Origin: Girardia tigrina
Taxonomy: Eukaryota
DNA: 55,580 nucleotides
Assembly (NCBI GenBank): GCA_001938485.1
Contig: MQRK01254915.1
Span: 1-55,580 of the forward strand
Direction: 5' to 3'
A model generated the notes under the pieces. The model was not told the origin of the DNA, did no database searches, and saw only the letters and a program-made list of their open reading frames with translations. Made by a program: the position numbers and the translations under genes. Shown here piece by piece: positions 1 through 13,700 of this stretch; position 1 is the stretch's first letter, and every line of letters starts with the position of its first letter.

Positions 1-713
1 AGTGTTTCGGTACTTCATCTTTGTCCAACCACTGTGCAGATCGACGTCGGTTATCATACAGGATCCATTTCTCATAACAGGTAACAATACGATCAAGAAA
101 TGGATCGTTTTTATTGCGAAGATGATTGGAAGAACAAATTTCATGGCGTCGGTTCTTTTGATTTTCATTCAAATCCTGTGGAACCCATTTATCAAGTTTC
201 TTGATTTTTCCCAGTTTTTTTAAATGACCCAGGACTGTTGCATGACTAATGCCCAACCCATCTAGAAGTTCTCTGATTGTTGTACGGGGATCTGTTTCCA
301 CCATTGTCCTCAAATTGTCGTGTTCACAGCAACTGGACGACCACGACCTTCTTCATCTTCAAGGTTTTCATCTCTATCAGAAAATTTTCGGAACCATCGT
401 TGCACTGTGCGCTCAGAAGCTGTTCCCTTGCCAAACGCTTTATTGATATTGCGAGCCGATTCTGCTGCTTTACGACCCAGTTTAAATTCGTACAAGAAAA
501 TGGCTCAAATTTTAATTTTTTCCATTATTAATTTAGCACCGTAAATATTCTAAAAAATAACAGCAATATGTTAATAATGGCTATAGGAATATACAGCTAG
601 GCATAAGATTTCAAATAATATCTAAAACTAATGCATTTAAACTTATATACATATCAAAGTAGATAAACAAAGTATAAAGCTCAAAAACCGCCATTATTTT
701 TCGACCAACCTAA
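1..713 (-). mobile_element. mariner element (Hsmar1-like), 5' part, frameshifted
   Basis: TIR TTAGGTTGGTCGAAAAATAATGGCGGTTTT ending at about 713 next to TA. HTH YEFKLGRKAAESARNINKAFG...RGRP, then KLDKWVPQDL and RIVTCYEKW in another frame. Confidence 0.9.
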
Positions 714-901
714 TATATATACGAATATCTTTTCAAAGCATTTATGATTTATTATTATAAACAGATAAAATATTTCAAAATAGTAAAGATTGTTAGATTA
801 TTAATAAGAAAATTTCTAAATTATGACCTTTAAGACATTTTGTGGACAAACCTTTTAGCTAAGATTTATTAGTCTAATAATATTAAAAACATATAAATAA
901 C

Positions 902-1787
902 CTCAATCGAACATCATATTGATATCCATTTGGGCATATAGGTTCAATGCACGAATATTTTCCAGGTATATTGATACATATTGTATTATCAGGACATATT
1001 TTTGGATTAGCTCTGCACTCATCAATGTCTGTTACAATATACAAATACAAAATTAAGAAGTTCTATATCAATAGAAACTAACCGAGGCATTTCATAGTTT
1101 TGGGATATAAACTATAGCCATCTGGACATGAGCACCTGAAGCTTCCATATGTATTTATACAATTATATTGACATACATTTGGTTTCTCTTTAGAATCACA
1201 TTCATCAATATCTAACATGAAAAAATAAGCCAAAGAGCATAGAAAATAATATTTACCAATACAGCCGCGATTTGCACTCCATTTGAAGCCCGGTTTGCAG
1301 ACATCTTCTTTGCCTAATTACCATTTTTATATAAATTGTATCAAAAAATTTGATTTCATTTTACCTATACAAGACTTTTTGTCCATTGATTGTTTGAGGT
1401 CTTGTGGACAAAGACACTCATAAGAACCATAGGTATTTTTACAACCATATTTACAAATTGATTGATCCATTTTACACTCATCCATATCTAAAATATATTT
1501 TCATTGAAAAAAAGAATCACTAAATTTCGACGTACCAACACATGCACCAGATAGAGAAAAGAACCCGGGCTCACATTCACACTGGTATGATCCAGGCAAA
1601 TTGGTACAGGTGGCACCGGAAGAACAATTTGCTAACCCAACCGTACATTCATCAATATCGAAACATTGGTCATTAATTAACTGATATCCATCGTTACATA
1701 CGTTTTCACAATAATACGATCCTGGAGTATTTTTACATTTTTGATGCTGTTTACAATTCGCTATACCGACTGTACATTCGTTGACAT
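902..1787 (-). CDS. HMCN1: Hemicentin exons 33-37: Ca-binding EGF modules
   Basis: [78 protein letters not shown]. Introns 45-54 nt. Confidence 0.93.
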
Positions 1788-4700
1788 CTTAAATAAAACA
1801 ATTTTAATATAATATCTTGTGAAAGTATGTTATGAAGTAAATGTATATCAACGATGGACGATACGTTTACTTCAAAACGTATTCAATAAAAAAATAAAAC
1901 TCAAAGGCCGAAATTTATTTTACTCAATTTTATTAAGAATTAATGTTCAATAAGAGGTGAAGGTCTACACACCGTGAGCATGAATTAATTAAACATGCTA
2001 TGTGACTGAAGGGAAAGTAACTGATCAATATAGATTCCATGATATGTATATCATTATGTATGTAAAATATTATTAGTTCATACCAGAAAGAATGAGACTT
2101 TTGAAATGTCAATATCATTTTTAACGAGCAATGTAAAAAAAACAACCCTGTGTAATACATTCATTCATAATCACCATTCTTCTTTTTAACATTAGAGAGG
2201 CATTGTATCAGTTTTCCAATCTCAGATGACCATCGATCAGCAGAAATATTTTTCAGTTCTGATGTAATGAATTGATGTAACTCATCTGCAGATTGAAAAT
2301 TTGTTTTGTGTCGCTGATCTTCCAAGTAAGGGTGAATAAAGCGATCCAAGATGTTATAATCAGAGGAATATGGCGATTGACGGAGTAAGGTAGCATTCTT
2401 TTTTGCGAGAAACAAGGACGTCACTTTGGAAACATGAGGCCTCGCGTTGTCTTGCACGAAAATCATGTTTCTCCAGTTTAGTGGAAACACATGTCGACTA
2501 AACTTCTTCTCCATATTAACAAGAAAAGTGACATAACGCTCGCTATTCTTGATTTCTCTCTCCTGCAGCAGTTCGCAATGATATTTTCCAGTGAAGGAAA
2601 ATGATTTTTGATGATGAAATGACAGACATGATTTTTCTGTCAAACTGGCTACGCTTCACGACATGAATGGGTTCACTGTGATCATCATCAGAAGAGACCC
2701 AGCAACAGTTGCTTCTTTTCTTGCCAACAGTTCTCATGTAAAACCACTTCTCATCAACCATCACAATATATTCATGTTGGTGTTTGCTTTTCAAAATTTT
2801 TAACCATTCCTTTGCAGCATTGACACGATTAACCTTTAGATCATTTGACAATGTATGAAGAACCAACTTACAGGCAACAGACCGAAGCCCAAATGGCCAC
2901 TCACAATATGCTGAATGGTTCCATGGCTGAGGGATATCTCATCTACAATTTAATCAATGGTCACTGCACCATTGGCGTTAATAATTCCAGAGACCAACAG
3001 AATGTTTTCAGGGGTTATTTTTGTTAATTTTCTCCCGAGGTTTTTCCAAGCAAAAGAAGTCTTGTCATTGTCAAATTCAGTTATCCACCGATACACTGTA
3101 GATTCTCCAACACTGTCAGCACCATGAACAGAGATATTTTCCTGATAAATTTCACTTCCCGTTATGCCGAGTGAATAACGGGAGAAGGTATAGAAATGAA
3201 GATTTTTTTCGATTTTTCGCCATCATACAGACAAATAAATCAACCAATATTCAAACAAGTATTCAATAAATATTTTCTGTCAATATTTTTTTAACTATTA
3301 CATATTTTTACTCTTTATATGTTACTATATACTGCACAAGTAATTTCCGCCTTTACAGATCACAAACATAGAAATATAACATCATTCTCACTCTTTCTGG
3401 TACGAACCAATAATTTGACTTTAGAGCCCTAAAGTTCTATTTTTTAACAACTTCGAAAGCCGCATTTATTTTGAAACAGCACCTTGTGACATTCAAGGTA
3501 GCCGTTGCTCACGTCTGATAACACAATTATTTATCTGTCTTAGCCGTTTTTGAGAATTTTAGCAGATAAAAGAAGAAACGCTTGAGAGTAAAAGAGTGGA
3601 CAACTAATGCTATAAGTATGGATTTTTCCAATTTTTTGTTTGCGTTTTTTATATTAAAATCAAAAATATCTAACTTTTTTAATGAACAAATATAATTAAA
3701 TCAGGCGCGTAGGCAGGATAATAATAATTTTTAAAAATAATTTTGATCCTAATTACCTCTTAGTTTTTAAACTGAAAATAAGTTTTACAGAGCAAAGAAA
3801 TTTTTCTTCCTCAAAATATTAAACATGCTGCAGATAATGATATCCTCCTATCTATGGATATCATTAATGAGCAATGACCAGGAGATAAAAGTTGCACTGA
3901 AGAAGTCTTTTTTGGCGAAGTGACAATGTAGAGGCATTATTGTATTAATCAAAATATTTTTCGATAGACAACCCATTGCTTGAATATTTGGAACTTTCAT
4001 TTATATCCTAAGATTCACAATATGCTGAAGTTATTTGCAAATTTACTAGTAACAACAGACACAGCTGAACGATCTCTTTCTACATTAAGCAGAATCAAGA
4101 CTTACTTACGAAATATTTCATCAGATCATATACTGAATGGCTTAGCTATAATGAACATTCATCAGGAATAATATGCTTCTTTAAAGACTGAAGAAGTTTA
4201 AGACACTGGCGCAGAACCCAAGAAGATTTATGCTTCTATAATTATTTTATAAATATATTTATTTCTAATAAAAGTTATTAAATGTGGAATTTCGATGATA
4301 TTATAAATTTTATTATTTTAATATTAGTTAATTTAAATTTTTTTAACTTTGAAAATCGAAATTCAAATACACAGAAAAATACTGCGTAATATTTATCCTC
4401 CCGAAATATTTTTCTGCGTACTAAATTAAATATTAAAGTTTATGATAATATCTATTTACTATGGAAAAAAAAGATACATTTAAAGCAATAAAACCCCATC
4501 TTTATTTTAGGAAAGCAAATGTTACATCATTTATCGCATTTAATAACCATTAGAATAATTATAATGATAATTGTAGCTGTCGCGACTGTTTTTCATGAAA
4601 GAATGTTATATTTCATTCATATTATTTGGATATAATATTTTTTCGCAGATAGCCATCATATGATTGAACGACTTAAAGCTTTTCGCGACGCTTATTGCTA

Positions 4701-7700
4701 TGACAATTCGGGCACCTCATTTAGACAGTTGCCCTACTCATTTAAAACTATTTGACTATTAGTTACTCAAGAACAACTCAAAATTCTGCAATTTAACTTT
4801 GTCAGTTTTTCTAATCATATCGTAATGTTCCTCCTGGATGGAGAACTAACCTCACGATTACTCAACGATGTGAAAGCCACAATGCCTCCAACAAGTGGAC
4901 CAAAGTCCGGACAGAGCAAATAGGAAGATCAATTGTGCATAGCACCAAATAGTAAATACCGATCAAAATCTATATGAGAAAACGGTTTGAATCCTCAAGT
5001 ATTTCAGTCTCTTGAAAGTAAAATCTGGTCGCTCTAATTTTATCGAATTCATTTTTAAATAACAATCCTTGTTTATCTAATTTTTAAAAAAAATTAATTA
5101 ATAAATGTTTGATTTGTTCAGTGAATTTAATTTGATATATTTATTTTATATATATAAAAAATAATTTATAGGAATTAAAATATTAATAATAAACGAATTA
5201 AATTCTAACAGTCTTTTTCAGTTCCAGACAAAAAGATCGCTACTTTTAGTTTTGCTAGAAACATCAACAGTTTTCAATGTTTAGGCTTTTTGATTTGAGA
5301 GATTCTGGATAATTTAGGGTTGACAGTAATAATTGGTCGGGATTATAATTGGTCATAGGTGGTCATGCTTGGAAGATAAATAAATTTAATTTGTTCGGCA
5401 GGAAAGTTCTGGCCGGAAAATTAAAAAATTAAATCTTTTGGCCGAGAATAACTTTTTGGAAAATTAATAAACTAAATTTAATTTAATTTTGTCGGGACTC
5501 TTAGTCGAAAACTTGGACGTGGAAACCCACAATCGTTTTTAGATGATTTTCAAAGAACCAATAATGCTTTTGAAACATTTCACAGAAGTATCCAATGTAT
5601 TCTTGCGAATCCAACACTATAGAAAATAATAGATTTGTTAATAAAACTGCAAAGTTGAAAAATGTAAAAATTGCACAAATTCTGGAGGTCAAAATATGCA
5701 TTTTAGTTTAGGTTTGAGCGGAAGAAGTAAGCATAAAAAATAAATCATCAATAATAATTAAAAATAAAATTAATATAATTTTAAAAATAATTATTAAAAA
5801 TTTTAATTATTTAAAGTATGTTCAAGTTTATTTTTTTAAAAAATTCGCCTATTATTTTACGATTAAAACTTAAACTGAAGAAATTATATTTTTATTTTGT
5901 ACAAAAATATTTATTTTAATTAGTGTCTTTTGTGTTTCAAATTACTACTTGAAATACGTACACAATTATCAAATATAAATATAACAAATATCCATATAAA
6001 AATAATTTTAAAAATATATAAATATGTACATATACTGAAAATATGTTTTATACAATAAATTATATATTTGTTAGCAATTCTTATTATTTATATGTTCTGT
6101 ACAAATATTGTTTACCTTCAATATCTCTTTTATATAATTCAGAAGAATAATATAAAGGAAAGAAGTTATTATTGTCATTCAAGTTCTCCCATTTCGTTAC
6201 TATTTATTAGAGAATAATATATTTTTTCTTTTAAATAATAAAAATAACTTATGAAATTTTTTATTGATCAAGTTTTCATGTTTTTATTGTTAATAAAATT
6301 TTTAAATAAACATCATTTTGGCATCATTAATTTAAAATTATTATGTTAAAAAAATTAAGCATAATTATTTAAGGAGATCACTTTACTTAATATAATCATC
6401 TTCAATCTCACGATAAAATGTAATTTAACATACAACGAAATTTTCCACAAACATTCTCCAACCGAGGGAAGGTCGGTGTCAACTCCTCTAAAAAAATCAA
6501 TCTTATGTTTGATTCTGGCCAATAGAATCGTACTATTTCCAACTCCTCAGTGCTCTTCTACTATTATTAGAATATTCAATCTACTTTGAGGTCATCACGA
6601 ATAAGTTCAATGCGTACTATCAGATTTTCTAAATGCACGGCGGGTAGCTCCACTTGTACTTTTATAAAAGCTTTTATCAAATGATTAAGAGAGGAAAGTG
6701 AGTAAAAGAATAAATAAAAATCTCGGGTTAGAACAACGTTTTAAATTTTATACTATATTTACATTTTAAAGTATTTTTCCGTCTGAACTTTAAGTCTGTT
6801 TGAATTTGATTCGTAAACTACATTTTTCGTGAAGTTTAAAATAATTTCATAATTAATAAAATCTTATTTACTCACCAACACAAGTATTTTTTTTCTTTAA
6901 ATAACCTTGCCGGCACAAACAATAATAACTACTATGTGAATTTATACATTGTTGGATTCCACAAATATTTGGTTTTTCCTGACATTCATTAATATCTTAA
7001 GATGAATGAAAAATATTTAATAATAGTAATTATTGCAGACCTTCACATATGTTTTTGTCTTTGACTCTTCTTAATCCAGGAGGACATTTCGATTGACATA
7101 TAAAGCTCCCTAAAGTATTGATGCATTCCGAATCAGAGTCTGGACAAGGTGATGATTCTGCAGAGCATTCATCGATATCTTGACAAGATCTTCCATCACT
7201 GCTTAAAGCAAAACCAGATCGGCAGTTGCATTTAAATCGTGGAACTGTATTCTCACAAATCTGGTCACATTTATTTAGTGTGATATCAGCACATTCATTA
7301 ACATCTGCATGGACAAAGGTACAATTTTAAAGTTTATAAAATAGGTAAAATAGGAAAATTGAAATCCTATATAAAATATAAAAAATTATCAAATATAAAA
7401 ACAACGAGTCTGAAAGATTCCATAATACTTTGCAAGGTTCAATAGAAATATTGTAAGATTCAATTTGGAGATCCATTGAGTCGTCACCATGAGAAGAATC
7501 TCGTTAGCAAACTAATTACATCCAAATTTAGAAAGCAGAGATTTAGCTATCAACCCAAAGTAATCTAGGACGATTATTAAAAGATTCTGGTAGAAACTGA
7601 ACTACCTCATGTTAAATATGGCTTAAAAACTTTAAAAGTTGAAATTAGCTCGACAAGTAGGAGGCCTATGATTTGAAAGATGGGTACAAATCGTCACAGT

Positions 7701-10700
7701 TTTAAGTTTGGTCTTTCTTTTCTTTTGTGCAACCAAAATGACTTAACTTGGATCAAATAGATATTTGTGACAAAAATAGGTTCTGGACTTCAACCGGAAA
7801 AGTTTTAGGATTGTGATTACAATGATTACAGTGTGATTGTCGACAGCTGGTGTGACCCACCACAAGTTTTTGGAATAATGTCAAATTAACAAAACAAAAT
7901 CCTGATGTTAGGAAATCGACAAACCAGCCAGAGCTAATATACAGACGTAGTCCTACTACCCAAATTAATATGTATTCGGATACGTAAAATAATTCTTATT
8001 AAAAATTTAAATTATAAATAATATGTACTTATTTGTATTATAGATGAATTAATTTGATATTTCACGATAATCTAAATACAATTCTGAAATAATTTGAAGA
8101 AATCAAATAAAAAAGTTAACTAATAAAAATTTTATTCGCATTTAAAAATTTGTTCTCAAATTCTAAAGAATTCGGACATCTCTTTTTCAATTCAAAAGAA
8201 TTTGGACACTTAATAAAAATTATAATATAAATTTAGGCAATGAATTATTTTAAATTCAATATGGATTACTAGTAAAAACACAAGTAGTTGTTAATGTTTA
8301 AATATTTCAGTCGATTAAATTTTCCTTATTTTTAAAATATGGTTCGTGGAAAAAAGAATCATACGGAAATGCGTGAGAAAATATTTGCCATGTATATTAA
8401 AGGAAAATCAGTAAGGGAAATTTCAAAAATTTTACAGATAAGTAAATCGACGGTATTCGATAACATTAAAAAAGCTAAATACCGCCAGAATAACTCATCG
8501 CCAAAGAAATCTGGACGACCAAAGTTAACTTCCGCTACTGATAACCGGTGTTTGAAGAGGTTAATTCCTCAATATCGTCGTGCTACTGTTCAAGAAATCA
8601 ACGAGAAATGGAGTATGCAAACAGGCATTTCTTCTTCTCCGTCCACTTGTCTACGTCGAATACATAAATTAAATTATTCATTCTACAAGGTAAGATTTTC
8701 TTAATGAAATATAAGCATTGCGTAACACTTCTTTAAGGCTAAAAACAAACCCTCTCTGTCACCTATTCAAAAGAAAAAGAGAATTGAATGGGCTCTTAAT
8801 CATAGTAAATGGAGCCAAAATGATTGGAATATAGTTATTTTTTGAGACGAATCTCGTTTTGAATTGTCTATGGGCGACATGGAAAATCGGTCTATAGTAG
8901 TATAATACAGCATGACAACGACTGCATACATGCTTCGAGAATCTGCGTTTGAAATTTTAAGGACTTAAGGTTGAAGTTCTGCACTATACATCTTACTTTC
9001 TAGACCTTGATCCATCTAACTATCTTTGATAACTTTCTCGTCCGTAAAACCTTCACAATCAGGAACAATCCAAAACGGTTTTCATAAACTTCATCAAATT
9101 CCAAGTACCAAATTCCAAGGAAAAGTCAACTTACTTCTATTAAATCCATAGCTTAAAGTTTATCAATTAAAACTTTAGATCATTTCTAGAAACCCAATAT
9201 ATTATGTTAATATTTCTATACCAACAAAAGTATCAGCAAATTTAATATGGTCAATGAAAATAGTCGACAATGTTTTTATTCAATAAAAATATCTCTTCAG
9301 TTTTAAATATTTCATCTATTTTTTTTATTTCTTCGAATATCTTTCGTTGTTTGGAGATTTTTTAAAAAATCATAACTAAAAAACTTTTGATACAAATGTA
9401 TTTTATAAAATAAAAAATAATTTGTAAAATATTTTACCTTCGCAAAACTTTTGACCTTTGATTAAACTGAATCCAACTGGACACGATTTAGAATCATCAT
9501 CTTCTGCTATCAAACTAGACACAATAAAGTCTATTTTTGTACCCGAAGTATTTGTTATAACTGATAAATCTTGGACCAACAATTGTTGGACCATTAAGGG
9601 TTGCCTTTTACCTTTTTGAATAGTGATATTTGTCGACCACTGATAAGGTTCTATCTCTTTATTGATTCTAAATAATCTTGCCGAGTCAGAATTTAACCTT
9701 CCTACAATTAAATATTGAAAGATCTTGTTTGACATACCTCAAAACTAACCTAAGGTAGGATTCATTTGTACGATAATCTCTTTGTAATTTTCAAGTGTGA
9801 TTTTATCCGGATCAGAATTTAATACTGCTTTTGGACATTGAGCTTTTATTTGCGTTAATAGTTTTAATTTATTTTCTTTTGTGTGAAACTTATGATCCAT
9901 TTCCACTTTATTTCCTTCTGCCAATTCCATGGTCGTTTGCATTTCAAAATTTCCCCTACTGACGGTTTTTCCATTTCCCGCTGATCCAACCTAAATTAAT
10001 TCCATTTAATTAAAAAAATATTTTTGACGTTTTTATGAAATTAGTTGCATACTCTTACGTTTTATTTATCTCTAAAGGAAAACTTAAATAAACTTGTAAT
10101 TGATTAAGTCCGATCGGTTACTTAAGTTACTTATCACAAAAACGGATCTTTTAAAGGACATATTTGAATAAAACATTTTATGACTTTCATTATGTATTTT
10201 AGGAAAATTATTTTAAGATATATTATTAATTTTAACAGTTTGTTATTCTTGTTCTTCAACCTGAGTTTTTGTGATAAAGTAAACATTTAAATAAAAGATT
10301 CTATTATAATTTTACTTATCAGTATTACGGCAATAACGCTAATAAAATTACATACACCTTATTGGATCATGCGCAAAGTGATTTGTCCAATCAAATTAAA
10401 GTATCTTGAATTAAGGCATAAATGACGTCATGAGCATCTGAATATATGGGCAATAACAACTGCAGAACTGAGGAAGGCAAAAACACTTTGTGCAACACGT
10501 ATACGAATAAAACATTTCAAAATGTAGAATGACACCTTTTAATTGAATAACTAGATTACAATTTGTTATGATTTTCTTCATTCAACATTTCAATATTTTT
10601 GTGTAAATTTCATCAAATTGGAAACGTTTCAAAACGTGTATCAATGGGAATGTTTTGGATTGTCAGAAGAATTGCCGATTCCCATGGAAGTGATAAATTC

Positions 10701-13700
10701 TACCAAAATATACTTAAAACGATAATCTTTATGGGGTAAGTATCGGTATTTTCCGCTGATATCCGTCAAACAACTTCTTTACGCTATGCACAAGATCTAT
10801 TAGAGAATCTGTGTTCATCAATTCAGTCACTATATACGAAATGATAAGTACTAGATTTACATAAAAACGAAGACATTTAACAACCGTTAGTTTTAATTAA
10901 ATTAGACGTGAATTTACATTTACTCTAACAACCAAAATCAATACGAACCCCAAAATATCTTACAGCAAACAAAAGATCTCAATCTCCGCTGAAAGCCGAA
11001 TAAAAAAACTCTTACAAATCTCTTATTTCACGTTCCAATGTCTTCATTTCGTCTTTGAAGCGAATTCCGATTAATTTAAACTTTGATTATATCGACCGAT
11101 GAGAAAATGCGACTAAATCGTCGGCAACAAAAATACAAATGACAATTAAATCTGATGAGCGTTATTTGACTTTTTATACTATCTAAATGTCATTTTTTGA
11201 ATATTTAAATAATCATATCTGTTTCTTCTTTTTATTTCCAAAGCAAGCGCTTTTCTTTTCCAATTATTAGTAATTTTATACACATTTCTAGCAATTTTTT
11301 TTATAAAAGTGGTAATCAAAACATCTCAAACTTGAAAAAAAATACTTTTCTTATCTCTAATACATCTTGTTACTAGACGAAAATATTAAGCATATTAAAA
11401 ATGAACTGATATGATGATGTAGCACTTAAAACATTTTAAATTTTTTCAACTCTCCTGCTTTTTATTTCCTGAAATAATAATCGAAATAAAAGAAAAGAAC
11501 CCAGAAATAAAGTTGTCTCTCGTCAAATGATCATTTTTGTATATAAGTTTCTCATAAAAACTGCCACCATTAAAATGGTAATTAAATTAGTTTTGAAAAA
11601 GATTCATGTAATAAAAGACTATATTAACAATGATATACTCGCGTTTATATATCAAAGCAATGTTTATGTAATCATTATGTCATTTAAATCATGAAAATAC
11701 TTTCAATAAAGTTGAAGAGGATGGTGTTTGGACATTGATTTTAGGATCAATAGATTTGATCAACAATGCTTCACACATCACCCTCTCCCAGTAATTATCA
11801 AATTTTGAACACAAAATCTTAAAATTGCTTACATCAACTTTACTATTCAAACAGTTCTTCTTATGTTGAGCAATATTGCTATCACTTTCCCTGCGATTAT
11901 GTTCCTGAATCCGTTGACAGAGATGACGACAAGTCTCTCTGATGTATGTGGCGTCACACCCATTACATTTATATTGATAAACTAAATTGGAACATAACCC
12001 AGTTGGAGTGATGGATTTACTACTAAACAAACTTCCTATCTTACATGATCTAGATACAATTTTTAAATTTAATAAATTATTTTCATCATGTTTCAAAATA
12101 GAGTTTTTGAATTTCCTGAAACCCTCAGAGTAGGGAACAGTCAAAACAAAACCAATTTTATCATAATTATTATTTATCTGATTTTTGTTTTTGTCGCTAT
12201 TTATGGTATTTGATTTTTCATTTTCATTTTCCGATTTAATTAATTTATCGACAGTTTCACGAGTTAATTTTTCAACTATCGATTTGGAATATCCATTTTT
12301 ATGAAGTAAATTCATTAACTTGTCAATACTTTCATTACATTTAGCGTACATAGACGAAAGTGTCCAAGATCTATAGATCAAACCTTTTATCATATTTCTT
12401 TTATATTTAGGTTCACAAAAACTGTTAGGGGTTGTATATAACCCTGTATCAGTTTTCTTTCTATAGATCCCAGTTTCAAAATGGTTGTTTTTTGCTCTTT
12501 CTATCAAAAGATCTAAGAATGGTAAAACATTATTGTTTTCATATTCTACCGTGAATTTTATATTTGAATGTAGGGAATTCATATAATTTAAGAAACATTC
12601 AACTTGTTCTTTATTATCAAACAATAGAAAAATATCATCCACATAACGCTTATAAATTTTAGGTTTAATACCATCATATAGACTTATTTTTTCTTCAATC
12701 TTGGAAAGAAATATCGAAGCTAAAGTTGAAGGTAATGGAGAACCCATAGCTACCCCATCAACCTGTCGATACCAATCATTATTAAATAAAAATCGTAAAT
12801 TCGATGTTGCAAAATATAACGATTCCCGAAAAGCAATCTCATCAACTAAATGATGTTCATACATTATTTCTTCATCATTTGCAACATAAGTCTATAGTTT
12901 CATGTAAAGGAACATTTGTAAACAAATTTACAACGTCAAACGATACCATGAAATTATTATTTACGTCAAGATTAGAAATTACCTCAACAAACTCAAAACT
13001 NNNNNNNNAAGTGAATTCAGAAGAAAGTAAAGGCTTTAGTTTTGAATCTAGATATTTAGCGATTCTGTACTGGGAAGTGTTAATCATTGAAATTACTGGT
13101 CTCATAGGAATTCCGTCTTTATGAACTTTTGGCAATATTGCTCAACATAAGAAGAACTGTTTGAATAGTAAAGTAAGTAATTTTAAGATTTTGTGTTCAA
13201 AATTTGATAATTACTGGGAGAGGGTGATGTGTGAAGCATTGTTGATCAAATCCTTTGATCCTAAAATCAATGTCCATACACCGTCCTCTTCAACTTTATT
13301 GAAAATATTTTCATGATTTAAATGACATAATGATTACATAAACATTGCTTTGATATATAAACGCGAGTATATCATTGTTAATTCAGTCTGATGATGACGG
13401 TTGATCCGTCGAAATTAATCACAATATATTCTGACGAAAATTTTTTGACTTTTAAAAATTCATTATCATCATTTTTTAAATATTTATAAAAAGACTATGT
13501 TTTTGATTGTTATTTTGTATACACGTAAAAAAAGAGTTAAGTGTAATTGAATAAATTGATATTTTTGAATTTATTTTAATCCGAATTCAACAGAATCATT
13601 TCCTATTTTTAAGAATAACTCAGAAATTATCTAAATTCTATCAATTCATCATTAAAAGTAAGTGCTTACCTCATATGCTTCTAGCCAAAGCAAAGGAGTC

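Noticed and set aside
11141-11165. Other CTGATGA hits (11142, 15305, 26168) as hammerheads
   Set aside because: No stem II followed by GAAA and no NUH/stem I pairing.
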